Assembly (NCBI GenBank): GCA_951406725.2
Contig: OX597824.1
Span: forward strand, 55,118,001-55,182,000
Source of the DNA: Octopus vulgaris
Lineage: Eukaryota
DNA length: 64,000 nt
Direction: 5' to 3'
The stretch's first letter is position 1. The number at the start of each line of letters is the position of its first letter. Shown here one piece after another: positions 60,996 to 64,000 of this stretch. A model generated the notes under the pieces. The model made no database searches. It saw only the letters and a program-made list of their open reading frames with translations, and had not been told where the DNA came from. Made by a program: the position numbers and the translations under genes.

Positions 60996-63900
60996 CTATG
61001 TGTAGCTTGAGAAAAAGGAATTTTTGACCAAAAGGTTATTTAATTTTTTTCTTTTTTGAATAATGAACATTTTACAAAATTTTTTGAATTCATCTGAAGT
61101 AAACTGAGTTCCATTATCAGACATGATGGTATCAGAAATACCAAATCTGGTGAACAACTTGTGTAAAAAAGTTAATGTAACCATGTATGTTGGCTTTTTA
61201 CACTTATGTACTTCAGGCCACTTAGAAAAGCTGTCTACCGTGTAAAAAAATCTATGAATTTTTTTTATGGTGAAAATAATTGCTAGAGCCACTTTTTCAA
61301 TTTGGCTGTACTTCTTTTCTGCTGGTAGCAGAGAATATAAGGCATGGGCCATGACCGTCATGTTACCATCTTCATATTTATGTAGTGTTATTGCTCCAAT
61401 ACCATACTCACTGGCATCTGAAGCTACTACAATCTCCACTGCAGGATCAAAATGTGCTAAAGACAAATCTGACAATATCTTTTTAATTTCACCAAATAAC
61501 TTCTGAAAATTTTCCGACCAATTCCACTTTACATCTTTTTTTTAGTAGATTATTTAGTAGATTTTTTATTTTTAGTAGATTTATTTATTTGGTATATAAA
61601 TTTGATAATAGTTTGCAAGTCCTAAAAAAGTTTGTAAGGTAGAAATATTTGTCAGAGGGGGCATATTTTTAATTGTATCTGCCCTCAACAGATCTGGTTG
61701 ATGACCATTTTTATCAATAATTTGTTGTAAGTACTTGATATTAGGCAAGAAAAATTTGCATTTCTCCTCACTCAATTTGAAATCATAATCTTTTATTTTT
61801 TTAAAAACACATTTTACATGCTCAACATGCTGATCATGGGATTCACTTTTAATTAATATATCATCCACGTAGGCCATCGTGAAACCACACTCTGAAGCAA
61901 CACATCCATCACTTGTTGGAATATAACCAGGGCAACTTTTATGCCAAATGGGGGCCTGTTAAATTTGTACAGACCTTTATGTGTATTAATCGTTAGAAGC
62001 TTAGTACATTCATCTGGCACTTGTATTTGTAAGTAAGCATCAGAAAGATCTAATTTCGAGAACAACTTACCACCATTTAGTTTTGAGAAGATTTCCTCTG
62101 GGATAGATAATGGGTAGTTATACTGTCTTAAACATTCATTTAGTCCTGTCAAGAAATTTGCACATACATGAATTTTATTGTTCTTTTTTACATACACTTT
62201 TGGAGACACCCAATGTGAATAGTTGATCTTTTCAATCACTCCCATTTTTTCCAGTCTGTCTTATTCCTTATTCACTTGTTCCAGTGCTGCAAATGGTACA
62301 TTATGTTTGGGTTTGGAAACTGGTTATGAATTTACTTTTACCTGAAATTTGGTTTTAAATTTATTGCACCAACCCAACTTGTTTGAAAACACATCACTTT
62401 TAAAACCTTTTCACTTTTAAAACACATCACTTTTAAAACCTTTTCACTTTTAAAAAATTTTCTGACTCTGTATTTGAACTAGTGCATGACCCCATTATTA
62501 TTTATGGGTAAGTCCCATAAGTTGAACAGTTCCATCCAGTCTGTTCCGAAAAGGTTGCCTATATTTTTTTATACACAAGCTTTTGCTTTTATAGTCTTAC
62601 CACAAAATATAATGTTACAGATAATGTCGCCTTTGAAAATTAATTTAGTCCTTGAGACACCACATGTGATCTTCAAGATTTTCTGAACTATAGGTTTCCT
62701 GATTGTTTTCCATGTGTTTACATTGATTAAAGTAATGTCACTATCTGTATCTGTTGTGTGGACATCCCCAGTTGATAAGTAGGCTAGTCCAATATGTATA
62801 AATAGTGGACATGATAGCTAGTTGTAGATGTGTCGAAAGAGTGAACCGGAGCAGTGAGTAGACTAGACGTCGAGTTCTGTTGAGTTGAGTCGGAAGTGAG
62901 AGTTCGGTAGTTGAGTAGAGGTATGTTATTGGTGAAGGCACGCCATCTGAGTGTGCGATATAACAGTAGCTAACTGTAATTTTACATTTGTATTATTAAT
63001 TTTTACATACACAAATTTCCTTTCAGTCACGTTTGTATCTCTTGTTGCTGATAAACTGTTTACATGATTTTTCTGCTGAACCTTTTTCTAGATTTTGTTT
63101 TTACAGTGATTTTTTTATGAAGCATTTTCGATTTTTATAAGGACAGTTGAATCTGAAATGTAATTCTCCACATCCAAAACATGGTTTAATTTTCTGCTTG
63201 TCATTTTTTACTTCCGGCTTTAATTTGTTTTGTATCATACCTTAGGTTTATCATTCTCTGGCATTTCTCAGATATTTCTTGTAGTGTTAGCTTCTGATTC
63301 TGCTCTAATTTAGTCAGATTTTGGTTACAAATTTCCACATCTTTCTTTGCCGTTAAATTTTGCATGAAAATTAAACACATCTGGTTCATTAATTTTAAAT
63401 CTCTCCCATTCCCTATTAATAATTCCAGTGTATGTAATAAAATCTTTGTCGTCTTTTTTTTTGTAATATTCATGCATTGCCAACATGTATTAAATAAAGA
63501 TCTTTTTGTGCTTAAAATCTTTGATAAAATATTCCCAGTTTGTTCAAAAGACTTCACCTGGTCTACTTGGTAATATGCTGGTGCAAACTTTCTCAGCAAG
63601 AGTTGGGGGTTTTTGTCTTGCCAACTGGAGCATTCTTCTCTAAAAATTTCCTCATACCTTCTAAAGTAAGCAGGAGAAGGGTATATGAACTAGATGTATT
63701 TTCTGTTTTCTTATGTATCAGTTGTATTAAAAGTTGCTGTTGCTTCTAAATTCCAACAACTGCTGTTGTTGCTATTATTGCTGTTGTTTCTGTAATTCCA
63801 ACAACTGTTGTTGTTGTTACTGTAATTGAATTACCAAAGCTAATAAACTTTCCATGTTCAAACAACAATCTGACTAGCATGAGCTTCGAATAATGTCGTT

Positions 63901-64000
63901 GCCAACACTGTCACCTGCCCTTGACAGTTCACACAGTTCTTATTTATTGAAATCTGTTAGTCCACTTTCAGTCACATGAGGGTGTTCAGGATCCTTCCAC
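60996..64000 (-). mobile_element. Gypsy LTR retrotransposon, same family as 36522-39830, with the 5' LTR running off the window
   Basis: Minus-strand PBS TGGCAACGAC at ~63895. Gag, QLDTDSD protease, FSKLDLSDAYLQI, YVDDILI, DASEYGIGA and SDNGTQF. Confidence 0.9.
62752..62965. mobile_element. Short solo LTR (214 bp) inserted in the protease active-site codons
   Basis: TGTTGT...ATAACA termini and a GTATC/GTAGC 5-bp TSD with one mismatch. Removing it restores QLDTDSD. Confidence 0.75.

Noticed and set aside
62387-62455. 34-bp tandem duplication; similar small duplications at ~53035 and 15-bp units at 60510-60580
   Set aside because: These are ordinary slippage products in decayed repeats with no further structure.
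48485-64000. Further galectin exons (linker or second CRD)
   Set aside because: I recognised no galectin-like peptide with splice sites. Such exons may be short or lie beyond the window.

Overview
This is AT-rich eukaryotic DNA with many microsatellites. The repeat families suggest a coleoid cephalopod, probably octopus (inference from repeat style, not a database match). The only host gene I can support is a spliced galectin on the + strand. Its likely first coding exon is at 11836-11883, three CRD exons lie at 46876-48484, and the ~35 kb intron between them is packed with mostly decayed transposons. These include RTE-type LINEs (one near full length, with a PHD-type zinc finger in the RT region and a 15-unit ~61-bp tandem array in its 3' UTR), CR1-, HERO- and R4-like LINE remnants, and several Gypsy LTR elements and solo LTRs. 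There is also a hAT element with an apparent 5-bp TSD, piggyBac and mariner remnants, SINEs and Helitron/foldback-like repeats. The most notable hidden signals are a dispersed set of minimal type I hammerhead-ribozyme motifs in Penelope-like repeats (one with an intact core), an ORF1-only 'half-LINE', the structured RTE 3' array, and several template-switch palindromes and duplications. No CRISPR array, rRNA or true tRNA gene is supported. All coordinates were read by eye, and TE boundaries are approximate unless termini are stated.
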